Assembly: GCA_017532825.1 (NCBI GenBank)
Contig: JAFXIT010000031.1
Span: 6,613-70,612 of the forward strand
Source: Clostridia bacterium
GTDB taxonomy: Bacteria > Bacillota > Clostridia > Oscillospirales > QAMX01
DNA length: 64,000 bases
Reading direction: 5' to 3'
A program made the translations under genes and the position numbers. The stretch's first letter is position 1. Every line of letters begins with the position of its first letter. The notes under the pieces are model-generated. The model was given only the letters and a program-made list of their open reading frames with translations, was not told the DNA's origin and searched no databases. Shown one piece after another: positions 17,128 through 27,558 of the stretch.

Positions 17128-18162
17128 TTGAAGCGTAAATATTTCCGACTGCTTGCCCTCGTGTTTGCCCTTGCAATGCTCGCAGGTGTCCTCGGCGGCT
17201 GCAGCAGTGAAAAATCGGCGGCCATGTTCAAGGTAAACGGAGATAAGGTCTCCAAGGCCGACTTCATGATGTACGTATTCTTTACCAAGTGCCAGATCTT
17301 TTCCGACGAGTTAAGCAACGGCTCGGTCTCCATGAGCACCCTCTATCAGCTTCCCGAGGAACAGCTTGAGGAGGAGGTCGAGATCGACGTTACCTTCCGT
17401 GAATACCTCAAATACCTCGCCGCCAGCCAGGCCATGTCGTCGGTGCTGATGCGCCAGATGGCACAGGATGCGGGTGTTAAGATAACCAAGGCCGACAAGG
17501 ATGAGCTCAAGGCCGTCAAGGCGGACTTTGTTGAGACCCTCGGCGGCGCGGCGGCCTACAATAAGTTTATAAAGGCCATCGGCTCGACCGACAGCGCCTA
17601 CGATAGATATATGACCGACGTTCTCTATTCCGAAAAGCTCTACGAGCTCTACGCCGACGGCGAAAAGTTCGCCCTGACCGAGCCCGAGCTTGCCGCAGGC
17701 AAGGAGGAGTTTGCAAAGAGCTACGTCACCGTCAGACACATCCTCTTTAACGTCATCGACCTCAGCTCGGGCAACTACCTCTCTGCCGAGGAGCAGGCAC
17801 AGGCCCAGGTCGACGCCGACGCCGTGCTTGCCCTTATCAGAGGCGGCGCCGACTTTACCGAAATGATGGAGCGGTATACCGCCGAGGCAAATCCCGCTCC
17901 CTTTACCTTTACCGAGGGCGAGGTGCTTCCCGAGTTCGAAAAGGCAGCCCTTAAGCTGGCCGTGGGCGAGGTATCCGACGTTGTAAAGACGCTCTACGGT
18001 TACCATATTATAATACGCGATCCCCTCCAGACCGGCGGCACCGCCTGGGAAAACTATAAGGAGATACTCCGAGAGCAGAAGTACTCTGCCGACGTTCAGG
18101 AGATGTCCGACGCCGCAAATATAACCACCACCAAGGCCTACGACAAGCTGAAGGTCTCCTAA
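17128..18162 (+). CDS. PrsA/SurA-like peptidylprolyl isomerase lipoprotein (parvulin domain)
   Basis: TTG start. Lipobox LGGC. The parvulin signature VRHILF...GGADFTEMMERY...GYHIIIR is present. Confidence 0.85.
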   Translation: MKRKYFRLLALVFALAMLAGVLGGCSSEKSAAMFKVNGDKVSKADFMMYVFFTKCQIFSDELSNGSVSMSTLYQLPEEQLEEEVEIDVTFREYLKYLAASQAMSSVLMRQMAQDAGVKITKADKDELKAVKADFVETLGGAAAYNKFIKAIGSTDSAYDRYMTDVLYSEKLYELYADGEKFALTEPELAAGKEEFAKSYVTVRHILFNVIDLSSGNYLSAEEQAQAQVDADAVLALIRGGADFTEMMERYTAEANPAPFTFTEGEVLPEFEKAALKLAVGEVSDVVKTLYGYHIIIRDPLQTGGTAWENYKEILREQKYSADVQEMSDAANITTTKAYDKLKVS

Positions 18163-18201
18163 AACGCAGGGCCCTTCGGGGAGAGCAAAAGAAGGTACTC
18201 T

Positions 18202-19254
18202 ATGGATATTTTGAGTTTTCTCAATCAGATGGCGGCAAACCCGCTGCTGTTTGTGGCAGTAATGCTGACCCTCGGAGTTATCCTCGTCAACGGCTGGACG
18301 GATGCGCCCAACGCCATCGCCACCTGCGTGGTAACGAGGTGTATGCCTCCCAAGGCGGCAATACTTATGGCGGCGGTGTTTAACTTCCTTGGCGTGTTTA
18401 TCATGACCAAGATAAGCAACGAGGTCGCCGTTACCATCACGAGCATGGTAAACTTCGGCGCAAACGACGGCCGTACTGTCATCATCGTCCTCTGTGCGGC
18501 AATGCTTGCCATCGTCGTCTGGGCGACCCTTGCATGGGTCTTCGGCATCCCCACCAGCGAGAGCCACGCCCTTATCGCAGGTCTTACCGGCGGTGCGATG
18601 GCACTCAACGGGCTTGAGGCGATAGTGTGGTCGCAGTGGCTCAAGGTCGTCTACGGCATAGTCATCTCGGTGACGCTGGGATTTGGTTTTGCCTGGGTGA
18701 TATGCAAGCTCGTAACGCTGATATGTTACAGGGCGGACCGCCCAAAGACCGAGCCCTTTTTCAAGTTTGCACAGATCGCAGGCGCCGCCGCAATGGCCTT
18801 TATGCACGGCGCGCAGGACGGTCAGAAGTTTATGGGCATCATCCTTCTCTGCGTCTTTACCCTGCAGGGAGCGGGGGCGGGTGCGGCATCCTTTGCCATA
18901 CCGATGTGGCTGATGGTAGTCTGCTCGGTGGTCATGGCCGCAGGAACTGCAATGGGCGGCAAGAAGATAATCAAATCGGTCGGCATGGATATGGTAAAGC
19001 TTGAGAAATATCAGGGCTTCTCGGCCGACGTCGCAAGCTCGCTGTCGCTGGTATTCTGCTCGGTATTCGGCCTTCCGGTCTCCACCACCCACGTAAAGAC
19101 CACCTCCATAATGGGCGTGGGTGCGGTCAAGCGCATTTCGGCGATAAACTTCGGCGTCGTGAAGGAAATGGTCATGACCTGGATACTTACCTTCCCCGGC
19201 TGCGGACTGCTTGCCTACCTCGTGACCAAGCTGTTTTTGTTTGTTTTTAACTGA
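18202..19254 (+). CDS. Inorganic phosphate transporter, PiT (PHO4) family
   Basis: NGWTDAPNAIAT motif near the N-terminus and again a GAQDGQK-type repeat; polytopic. Confidence 0.9.
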   Translation: MDILSFLNQMAANPLLFVAVMLTLGVILVNGWTDAPNAIATCVVTRCMPPKAAILMAAVFNFLGVFIMTKISNEVAVTITSMVNFGANDGRTVIIVLCAAMLAIVVWATLAWVFGIPTSESHALIAGLTGGAMALNGLEAIVWSQWLKVVYGIVISVTLGFGFAWVICKLVTLICYRADRPKTEPFFKFAQIAGAAAMAFMHGAQDGQKFMGIILLCVFTLQGAGAGAASFAIPMWLMVVCSVVMAAGTAMGGKKIIKSVGMDMVKLEKYQGFSADVASSLSLVFCSVFGLPVSTTHVKTTSIMGVGAVKRISAINFGVVKEMVMTWILTFPGCGLLAYLVTKLFLFVFN

Positions 19255-19271
19255 GAAAGGAAGTAGAAGCT

Positions 19272-19892
19272 ATGGCAAAAGGCGATAAATTTTATTTTGA
19301 AAACTTTTCGGCCTGTGCGTCCCTTGCAAAGGATGCGGCAAGATATCTGGTAGACTGCCTTGAAAACTACGATGCAGACAGGATCGGCGAAATGCTTGAG
19401 AAGATGCACTTCCTTGAGCACAGTGCCGACATCAAAAAGCACGAGATGAACCGCACCCTTGCCAAGGCCTTCGTCACCCCCGTCGACCGTGAGGACCTGG
19501 ATATGCTCAGCCAACAGCTTGACGAGGTGTCGGACAAGCTTGAGGAGATACTCCAGAACTTCTACGTCTACAACCTAAAGGAGATAGACCCTGCTGCCGT
19601 CGAGTTTGCAAAGAATCTCGTAAGGAGCTGCGATATGCTCCTGCAGATAATGGGCGAGCTTGAAAACTTCAAGCACTCCAAGACCATGCATTCCCTTATC
19701 GTCGGCTGCAACGACGTCGAGGAGGAGTGCGACAAGCTCTATCTTACGACGATGCACCGCATCACCAAGGACTCCACCGACGCCCTCAAGACCATCTCCT
19801 GGTACAAGATATTCGACTGCTTTGAGGCCTGCGCCGACGCCTGCGAGCACGTAAGCGACTGTGTCGGCTCGATAATAATGAAAAACACCTAA
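19272..19892 (+). CDS. DUF47 (PhoU-like) phosphate-transport accessory protein
   Basis: 206 aa helical protein immediately downstream of PiT, the usual pairing. Confidence 0.85.
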   Translation: MAKGDKFYFENFSACASLAKDAARYLVDCLENYDADRIGEMLEKMHFLEHSADIKKHEMNRTLAKAFVTPVDREDLDMLSQQLDEVSDKLEEILQNFYVYNLKEIDPAAVEFAKNLVRSCDMLLQIMGELENFKHSKTMHSLIVGCNDVEEECDKLYLTTMHRITKDSTDALKTISWYKIFDCFEACADACEHVSDCVGSIIMKNT

Positions 19893-19896
19893 GAAA

Positions 19897-19932
19897 AAGG
19901 GACAGAGCTGAGGGCTCTGTCCCTTCTTTTTT
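19897..19932 (+). terminator. Rho-independent terminator of the PiT-DUF47 operon
   Basis: AAGGGACAGAGC-tgagg-GCTCTGTCCCTT followed by CTTTTTT. Confidence 0.85.
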
Positions 19933-19979
19933 GCCTTGGGGGGTCCAAGGACGGTTCGGGGAGGCAAAAAGAGAGCTGC

Positions 19980-20008
19980 TTGCGGAGAGGGACGGTATAT
20001 GATATAAT
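19980..20008 (+). promoter_or_regulatory. Promoter of the 20030-25550 operon
   Basis: TTGCGG, 17 nt, TATAAT, with a TGn extended -10. Confidence 0.5.
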
Positions 20009-20029
20009 GAAAAAACGGAGGGATGTCGT

Positions 20030-22315
20030 ATGAAGATAATAGGCAAAAAATGGGTGCTTGTCAGCCTTGCGATAATTTTGGCCCTGACCTTGATAATGAT
20101 ATTCGAGGGCGAGGGCAAAAGCGAGCGCACCCCATCCCCCTACGACGGAAGCATAGACTACGCCGCAAGGATGGCAAACGGCGTGTCCTGGGAGATAGGA
20201 TACAGAGGCGAGACCGAAAAGCGTGAGAGCCTGAGCATCAGAAATCTCGGCGCAACGCTGGTCTCTACACTGCGTGGGACGGCGGGAGTGGAGCTGAGCT
20301 TCGGAGAAAACACCGTCTCGGGCTTTAATCTCTGCGCCGAGATAGAGGGCAAGGAATACCGTGACGACGTCATCACCTCCTATGCCCGTACCAACGTCTA
20401 CCGCCACGGGCTCTACTACGCCGACATCCACGTTATGGTGCTCTCCCTCGCCGCCGACGGCGGTGACAGCACCCTCACGGCCGACGTCGAGAGGGTATAC
20501 CACACCTACGGCGACAAGATAGTCGAAAACGTCACCCTGCGAAACGCCGAGGCCGACATCGACCGTCTTTGGATAGAGCTTAAGACCGAGGGTCGGCTCA
20601 TAACGGGCGAAAACTACGCCGCCGTCGTCCTTCCCTCCGGCGGAACGGTCGGCTACATACTCCCCTACGGCGTGGAGGGCGAGCTTGAGACCGAGATAAA
20701 CGGAAACGCCGTGACCATACGCCTTGCCGCAGAGCCAAAGGGCGCCGAAAGGGTGGAGTTTACCTTCGGAGCGAGACTTTTCTACGGAAGCGAGGAGGAG
20801 CTCGAAGCCCAGGCAGGTATTGAGGCAGACCCGATATACCCCGACAACTACGTCGGACTGTGTGGCTATTACGGGGTAGGCCTTCCCGGCTCGGACTTCA
20901 ACCATTCCTACTATAATGCTCCCAACTACTGCCCCGAGGTCTCCTTTTCCCTTCCCGCAGAGGAGCGGGGAAGGACTCTCTATGTCCTGGCGCATACCGA
21001 TTCGGGCGGGCTTGAGGCCTCTGCCGTGACCGACGGGGAGGGTACCCTCCTTCCCATCGCCGTTCAGACCTGTAAAAACTTCGGCGGCGAGAACGAGGAG
21101 CCGCTGTATAACCCCTCCGACGCCACCTACGGCCAAAGCGTTATCCCGCTGATGACGGGCAAAGAAGAGCTTTCCTACCGTGTCTACCATATATATCAGC
21201 AGTGGGGCAACTATCCCATAAAGCAGCTTTCCTCGATACAGTTCTTTATGCCCTACTACCACCTTTCGGTGGGTGTTACCGAGACCACCTGCTTTGCAAT
21301 GAACTACTACCTGCCCGAGGGCGACGGCTACTTCGTGCCCGACCTCAGGGGACTTTCGGGCGAAATGTGGGCAGACCAGCCCCAGTTTGACTCGGCGGGA
21401 CGGGTGTTTTTGACCCACTACCTCAAGTCGGGCAGCAGACGCACGAGCTTTATGCGCTACACCCACTCCGACATCGCCTCGGTGGGTACTGCCTACACCG
21501 ACGTGACTATGTACTTTACCTCGCAGGACGGCTCATCAAGGCTTTCCTACCGTGCCGTTGAGCTGCCCCAGACGGATGAAAACCGCAACTATACCACCTT
21601 GCGCCTTGAATTTCTCAAGGACACCTCGGTAGAGGATCTCCGCTTTATGAGCTTCCACGGCAGAACGGGAAATTACAGCGGTGTCGACTACCTTGCGACC
21701 GACGGAAGCGTTAAGACCGCAGCGGTCGACTATGCGGCCCCGACCGAAAGATTCCTCCTCGGAAAGGACAGACCCTTCATTGCGGCCTACGGAGTGGACG
21801 GTGACTCGCCCACGGCAAGCGTTGCGATGATCCTGCGAGGGGTCGAGGCCGTAATCGGCGGCAAAAGGACCGAGACCCAGCTTGCCCTTGCCATCGGCGA
21901 GGGCGGACATGTCTGGCTGACCGCCGAGCCCGAGCGTATCGATTTCAAGGCGGGCGACTATATCGAGCTTGACTTTATCCTTCTTCCCTACGGCTCGTCG
22001 ACCGAGACAAGTAAGATCGTGCAGGCGGTAAGGGAGGACCTCGGCGATATGATCTTTGACGGCGTTGCAAAGGACGGAAGGGCCGAGATATCGGTCGGCA
22101 AGGGCATCAACAACGTAGTTATCAGAGCCTCGGGCTTTGCCTCCTACGTCCTGCCCAAGATAAGCATCGACGGAGAGGAGATAGTCCTCTCAAGCGGAAA
22201 CGGACGTGCCGACGGATACCAGGTCGTTCTTGACGACGACGGGCTTTATACCTTCGCATTTACGATTGATTCGGCCCTTGTAAACGGTAAAAGGGTGATA
22301 TTGGAGCAAAATTAG
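20030..22315 (+). CDS. Membrane-anchored extracytoplasmic protein of unknown function (761 aa)
   Basis: ATG follows an ACGGAGGGA RBS. Single N-terminal TM segment (WVLVSLAIILALTLIMIF). No domain recognised. Confidence 0.85.
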   Translation: MKIIGKKWVLVSLAIILALTLIMIFEGEGKSERTPSPYDGSIDYAARMANGVSWEIGYRGETEKRESLSIRNLGATLVSTLRGTAGVELSFGENTVSGFNLCAEIEGKEYRDDVITSYARTNVYRHGLYYADIHVMVLSLAADGGDSTLTADVERVYHTYGDKIVENVTLRNAEADIDRLWIELKTEGRLITGENYAAVVLPSGGTVGYILPYGVEGELETEINGNAVTIRLAAEPKGAERVEFTFGARLFYGSEEELEAQAGIEADPIYPDNYVGLCGYYGVGLPGSDFNHSYYNAPNYCPEVSFSLPAEERGRTLYVLAHTDSGGLEASAVTDGEGTLLPIAVQTCKNFGGENEEPLYNPSDATYGQSVIPLMTGKEELSYRVYHIYQQWGNYPIKQLSSIQFFMPYYHLSVGVTETTCFAMNYYLPEGDGYFVPDLRGLSGEMWADQPQFDSAGRVFLTHYLKSGSRRTSFMRYTHSDIASVGTAYTDVTMYFTSQDGSSRLSYRAVELPQTDENRNYTTLRLEFLKDTSVEDLRFMSFHGRTGNYSGVDYLATDGSVKTAAVDYAAPTERFLLGKDRPFIAAYGVDGDSPTASVAMILRGVEAVIGGKRTETQLALAIGEGGHVWLTAEPERIDFKAGDYIELDFILLPYGSSTETSKIVQAVREDLGDMIFDGVAKDGRAEISVGKGINNVVIRASGFASYVLPKISIDGEEIVLSSGNGRADGYQVVLDDDGLYTFAFTIDSALVNGKRVILEQN

Positions 22316-22325
22316 GAGGGACCCT

Positions 22326-25300
22326 ATGAAAAAGCTTGCCCTTGTCCTTGCAGTTATAATGCTGTTTGGCGTTTTTGCCTCCTGCGGGAGCGGCGGCGGA
22401 GAAAAAGGGGGGACTACCGTGGAAGAGCTTATAGCATCATACAGACCCGACCTTACCGCCTACGGCTTTGAAAAGGGGGTCTCCGACAGCTGGATACCCA
22501 GCGACGGTCACCCTGCAGGCATCCTCGGCGGCGCAGAATACTCAAGCGTTACCTCCTCTGTCGGTGCCGTTACCGAGACCGTAGAGGTGGTCTCCTTCCC
22601 CTCAAAGGGGGCGAGGCTGGAGCTTTTGCTCGACCTGTCCTCTCCCGTTCATCCCGAGGGTCAGCCCTATATGCTTGAGATAACCGAGATGCACTCGGGT
22701 GCCTACGGCGGCTGGGGGTATTTGGTAAGCGTAAACGGGACGAGCGTCTACTTCCGTACCTACGAGGAGCTGGCCTCGGGACGGGTAGGCTACTTTATAA
22801 CCGTCCCCGAGGAGCTCATAGATGACCCAAGTGCGGTGAATATCCTTATCGTCAGCCGTGGCGGAGACCGATTTAACATCGCCGAGATACGGGGATATTC
22901 CGACTTTTACGGCCTTGCCAAGGAGGAAAACATCTACTCAAAGCTTGATATAAACCTCTTTTGCAACCGTGACACCGAGAAGGCTGCGGCCTTTGCGGAG
23001 AGGTTTTCGGGATACGAAAGCTTCGAGGCCTCGGCGCTGTATGCCTTTGACTACTTTGACTGGGATTCAAGCTCGTCACTCGAGCAGATAGTCAAGGCCT
23101 ACCAAAACACACCGAATACAAACGGCAGGGCGCAGTTTATGCTCAAGAGCTACTGGACCTTTGTCGACGGTGCGGACGGTCTTGGCGGCTTCTTTTCCGA
23201 CCTTAAATACCAGCAGGTGCTCTGGAACGCCGCCACGGGCGGACTTTCCCACACCACCCCCAACCAATGGTCAAACACCCACTGGTTAAGCTACGCCGTC
23301 GACCACACCAGGCGTGCCTCGGTCAACAAGCTCAGCGAGATACTCTCGGAGGTCTCCGACCTTGCCGCCCTTGCCGCGGCAAGCGGGCCAAATCCACGGT
23401 TTACCTTTATAATGGACCACAGCATCGACCGCTACATCGGCGGCGACAACGTATTTTACGGCGGTGATTTCCACCCCGATATGATAGCCAAGGCGGCGGC
23501 GAAGGGGGTCACCCTCGACCCAAGGGACGGTATGTCCTACGAGGAAAAGGAGGTCCTCTATACCCTCCTTGCCGAATATAACACCGCCCTTGCCGATGCC
23601 TACCGTTCCGCCCTTGGCTACAACGCCGTGACGGTCAGGCAGGGTGAGGTGACCCTGCCCACACATCAGATGTCGGAGGATATATGGTCCCACGGCACCC
23701 AGTCCCACTGGCAGTGGCCAAACTTTGACAGACGTGTGACAGGATGGATGGGCGGTATCGGTGAGAACTTCTGGCCCTCAAGCGAGGATATGTGGTTTGA
23801 CGATCAGCGCATCTACGAATACAAGCTCGGCTACGGGCGTATCGGATGCGTCAACCTCGAAATGGCCATCCATGGGTCTGCCGAGGCGCTGCAGTCCTTC
23901 GTTTCGGCGGCCTATGCAAACGGTATGGAATACGTCACGATGTTCAACGATAGCGAGCAATACAACTCCGATCGGAACCTCCGTGATATAGACTCCGTCG
24001 GATCGTGGATATGGACGCCCGAGCACTACGAGCGGGTGGTCTACGATATCGACTACAAGCGTGACTACCGTCCCGACCTGCTTACCTCGCCCGATATGCG
24101 GATAGTTGGGGTAAACTATGAAAACTGCCGCCTCGGAGAGGCGGGCGGTGAGCTCTTTGCAGAGGGCGGCTCGGCGTCGGTCGTATACACCCTTGATGCA
24201 GACGACATCCCTTCGGAGGGTCTGCGGCTGTATATCGAGGCAAAGGCGACAGAGCAGGGGCTGGTGGAGATATACGGCGGCGAGAGCCTGCTTGCCCTTG
24301 AAAAGCTCGGCGAAATGAGCAATACCGAAAAAAGCAACTGGTTTAACGACAGCGAGGCTCTGTCCATTGACCTCTCCGAGAAGACCAAGGGTGCGGAGCG
24401 GTACTATATAAAGATAGTCCTTTCGGGACAGGACCCTTCGTCTGACGAGCACTGCGTGTCGCTTCGCACTCTCAGGCTGACGGGTCTTTGGAAGCAGCAC
24501 ACCGGCTCGCTTGTCGGCGCAGAGGAGACCTACTATCAAAAGAGGGTGCAAAACCTCTACATAGCCGCCCGTCGCTATGCCGAGAGACTGCTTAAAAACT
24601 ATACCGAGCTTTCGGGCTCGGATGCCGTTTCTGCCGCCGCAGAGGAGCTTATCGCATTGGGAAGATACGGCGATGCAAAGAGCCTGCTGCTTGGCGAGCT
24701 TTCCCAGACCCTTCCCGCCGCCTACGCCGTTGACGGCTACGGCAGGCTGGGCAGATACCCCGTCGAGGTAAAGACCGAGGGGGTTGCGGTCGTCCGTCTT
24801 GAAAAGCTCGGCTCGGAGGAGCTGGTGTTCAGACTCGTAAGCGAGGAGACAAAGACCGTCGAGCTGACCTTCGAGGGTCTCAAGGCGGGAAAGAAATACA
24901 TCCTTTCCGAGCTCGGCCAAAACCGCTACGCAGTCATCCTGAGCAAGGACGGACAGACGGCCGAGGACGGAAAACTTACCCTTACGGTGTCGGTCAGGGG
25001 CATAAACGAGCCCGAGCCCGCCATTGCGGATACCGTCCTTGAGGGCAGGATGTATATGGACTACGGCGGCGGACAGCTTTTGCTCACCGTCCAACAGCCC
25101 GAGCTTTCCCACTATAACCGCTTTATCACCCTCTATACCGCCTCGGATTGCGAGTTCGTAAGAGGGCTTGACGGAACGCAGGAGCGTTCCGAGGGAACGC
25201 CGAGGGCAAACGATATGGTCATCGTCACCGTCGGACATGACGGCCTTGCAACGAGGGTAGAGGCGGTGTACGGCGACGTCGTGGGTAAGATAGTGGCCTT

Positions 25301-25550
25301 CGAGCCGCCGAGCTACGAGGGAGAGGTGACAAACGGAAGGGTCACCCTCGATAACGGCGTTACCTACGAGCTTGAATACCGCAGTGACACCACCTATATA
25401 GATATGAATTACCCCTGGGGAAAGAGCCGTGAGCTTACCGACGAGGCCATAGCCGCCGCATTCAGAGTCGGCTCTACCATCCGCATAGAGTACTGCCCAT
25501 ATACCTACAACGGCTCGCTTCCGAGAATGCTGCGTGTGAGCAACCCGTAA
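22326..25550 (+). CDS. Large lipoprotein of unknown function (1074 aa)
   Basis: A GGAGGGA RBS lies 10 nt after the upstream stop. Signal peptide MKKLALVLAVIMLFGVFASC with lipobox. No domain recognised. Confidence 0.85.
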   Translation: MKKLALVLAVIMLFGVFASCGSGGGEKGGTTVEELIASYRPDLTAYGFEKGVSDSWIPSDGHPAGILGGAEYSSVTSSVGAVTETVEVVSFPSKGARLELLLDLSSPVHPEGQPYMLEITEMHSGAYGGWGYLVSVNGTSVYFRTYEELASGRVGYFITVPEELIDDPSAVNILIVSRGGDRFNIAEIRGYSDFYGLAKEENIYSKLDINLFCNRDTEKAAAFAERFSGYESFEASALYAFDYFDWDSSSSLEQIVKAYQNTPNTNGRAQFMLKSYWTFVDGADGLGGFFSDLKYQQVLWNAATGGLSHTTPNQWSNTHWLSYAVDHTRRASVNKLSEILSEVSDLAALAAASGPNPRFTFIMDHSIDRYIGGDNVFYGGDFHPDMIAKAAAKGVTLDPRDGMSYEEKEVLYTLLAEYNTALADAYRSALGYNAVTVRQGEVTLPTHQMSEDIWSHGTQSHWQWPNFDRRVTGWMGGIGENFWPSSEDMWFDDQRIYEYKLGYGRIGCVNLEMAIHGSAEALQSFVSAAYANGMEYVTMFNDSEQYNSDRNLRDIDSVGSWIWTPEHYERVVYDIDYKRDYRPDLLTSPDMRIVGVNYENCRLGEAGGELFAEGGSASVVYTLDADDIPSEGLRLYIEAKATEQGLVEIYGGESLLALEKLGEMSNTEKSNWFNDSEALSIDLSEKTKGAERYYIKIVLSGQDPSSDEHCVSLRTLRLTGLWKQHTGSLVGAEETYYQKRVQNLYIAARRYAERLLKNYTELSGSDAVSAAAEELIALGRYGDAKSLLLGELSQTLPAAYAVDGYGRLGRYPVEVKTEGVAVVRLEKLGSEELVFRLVSEETKTVELTFEGLKAGKKYILSELGQNRYAVILSKDGQTAEDGKLTLTVSVRGINEPEPAIADTVLEGRMYMDYGGGQLLLTVQQPELSHYNRFITLYTASDCEFVRGLDGTQERSEGTPRANDMVIVTVGHDGLATRVEAVYGDVVGKIVAFEPPSYEGEVTNGRVTLDNGVTYELEYRSDTTYIDMNYPWGKSRELTDEAIAAAFRVGSTIRIEYCPYTYNGSLPRMLRVSNP

Positions 25551-25564
25551 TAACACACCTTCGT

Positions 25565-25598
25565 AAAAACCGCAACCCGAGGTTGCGGTTTTTTATTT
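25565..25598 (+). terminator. Rho-independent terminator
   Basis: AAAACCGCAACC-cga-GGTTGCGGTTTT followed by TTATTTT. Confidence 0.85.
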
Positions 25599-25611
25599 TC
25601 CCCCTTTAGGG

Positions 25612-25641
25612 TTGACTTTGGCATGGGGGATATGATACAAT
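25612..25641 (+). promoter_or_regulatory. Promoter of the nahK-like/rlmB/ATPase-like/proS operon
   Basis: TTGACT, 18 nt, TACAAT, with a TGn extended -10. Confidence 0.6.
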
Positions 25642-25696
25642 CATACGGATATAAGGGTATTTATGCCCGAAAATAATTGAAAGAGGGTCAGGCAAA

Positions 25697-26788
25697 ATGG
25701 CTGCTCCCGATATTGAAAAGATAATCTCCGCCTTTCCTGCCGTAGGCAGGGTATAAAGGGTCTCTCCCATAGACCAGGGTCACATAAATTCCTCCTTCTG
25801 CGTCGCCGCCCAAAGCGGCGAGCGCTACGTTTTGCAGATGATAAACCGCTACGTCTTCAAGCAGCCCGAGCTGGTCATGGCAAACATCTGCGCCGTTACC
25901 GACCATCTCCGCAGAAAGACCGTCGCCTCGGGCGGAGATCCCGAGCGTGAGGTCCTTACGGTCATACCTGCCGCCGACGGAAGAAGCTTCTACGTCGATT
26001 CGGAGGGGGAGTACTGGCGGATGTATAACTTTATTTCGGGTGCTACCACCTACGAAAGCGTCGTCAGCCCCGACCACCTCAAAAACGCAGGCTACGCCTT
26101 CGGCCGCTTCCAGACCCTGCTTGCAGACTTCCCCATAGACACCCTTCACGATACCATCCCCGACTTCCACAATACCCGCAAGCGTCTTGACGACTTTTTT
26201 GCCGCCGTCGAGGCCGACGCCGCAGGCAGGGTAGCCGACGTGGCAGAGGAGATAGAATTCTTCAGGACCCACCGTGAGCTTGCATCCTCCCTGCAGAATA
26301 TGCTTGAGAGCGGCGAGCTTCCCCTGAGGGTCACCCACAACGACACCAAATACAACAACATTATGATAGACGACGCCACGGGAAGCGCCCTGTGCGTGCT
26401 CGACCTTGACACCGTTATGCCGGGTCTTTCGGTCTTTGACTACGGCGACGCCATCCGCTTCGCCGCCGCCACCGCACCCGAGGACGAGACCGACCTTGAA
26501 AAGATGGGTCTTGACATGGCACTCTTTGAGCAGTTCACCGCAGGATTTGTCAGCGCCACGACGGGATTTCTCTCCAAGGCCGAGATGGAGCATATGGTCA
26601 CCGGTGCGATAGTGATAACCATCGAGCTTGCCTCGAGATTCCTCCTTGACCATATAAACGGAGACAAGTACTTCCGCATCCACCGTCCGGGTCACAACCT
26701 TGACCGTGCCCGTGCCCAGATAGCCCTTGCAAGGGATATGGAGCGCAAGCTTCCGCAGATGCGGGCAATAGTTGAAAAATATATATGA
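25697..26788 (+). pseudogene. N-acetylhexosamine 1-kinase-like (APH-fold) gene interrupted by an in-frame TAA at 25754-25756
   Basis: ATG 25697 gives MAAPDIEKIISAFPAVGRV, then TAA, then the same frame continues RVSPIDQGHINSSFCVAAQSGERYVLQMINRYVFKQPE. The body carries LRVTHNDTKYNNIMID and DLDTVMPG, as in NahK-type kinases. Confidence 0.7.
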
Positions 26789-27558
26789 ACGACAGAGAAA
26801 GAGACTTTTCGGGCGTCATCGAGGGCAGAAATGCCCTTTCCGAGGCGCTCAAAGCAGGTGTAAGGATAGACAAGCTCTACGTTTTGTCCTCGGGCGGAGA
26901 CCGTGGACTTTCGGGGCTGGTGGCCGCCTGCCGCAAGGCGGGTGCGGTCGTTGTACCCTGCGAGAGACGTCGGCTTGACGAAATGTCCCATACGGGAGCC
27001 CACCAGGGTGTCATTGCCGCCGTTGCACAGACCGAATACGCCTCCATAGAGGATATGCTCAAGCTCGCAGGCGAACGTGGCGAGAGACCGATGATAGTGG
27101 TCTGCGACCACCTCTGTGACGTTTCCAATCTCGGTGCCATAATCCGTACCGCCGAGGTATCGGGCGCACACGGCGTCATAATCCCCTCCCGAAGGGGTGC
27201 AGGGATAACCCCCGCAGTCGCAAAGGCGTCGGCAGGGGCGGTCTCACATATGCTCATTGCAAGGGTCCCCAATATCGTCTCTGCGATAAAGGAGCTCAAG
27301 GATGCCGGCGTATGGGTATTCGGTGCCGATATGGACGGCACGGTAGGGCTGTACGAAGCCGACCTTGCAGGCCCCTCGGCCATCGTCATCGGCGCAGAGG
27401 GGGAGGGTCTTTCCCGTCTTGCCAGAGAAAACTGCGATTTTATCGTTTCAATACCGATGTTCGGAAGGGTAAACTCCCTCAACGCCTCGGCGGCCGCCGC
27501 CGTGCTTTTGTACGAGGCGGTAAGACGCCGTCACTTCGGCGGAGGTGAAAGACGGTGA
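26785..27558 (+). CDS. rlmB: 23S rRNA (guanosine2251-2'-O)-methyltransferase (SpoU/TrmH family)
   Basis: EGRNALSEALKAGVRIDKLYV N-terminal domain plus a SpoU C-terminal knot (SLNASAAAAVLLYE). ATGA overlap with the upstream gene. Confidence 0.9.
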   Translation: MNDRERDFSGVIEGRNALSEALKAGVRIDKLYVLSSGGDRGLSGLVAACRKAGAVVVPCERRRLDEMSHTGAHQGVIAAVAQTEYASIEDMLKLAGERGERPMIVVCDHLCDVSNLGAIIRTAEVSGAHGVIIPSRRGAGITPAVAKASAGAVSHMLIARVPNIVSAIKELKDAGVWVFGADMDGTVGLYEADLAGPSAIVIGAEGEGLSRLARENCDFIVSIPMFGRVNSLNASAAAAVLLYEAVRRRHFGGGERR

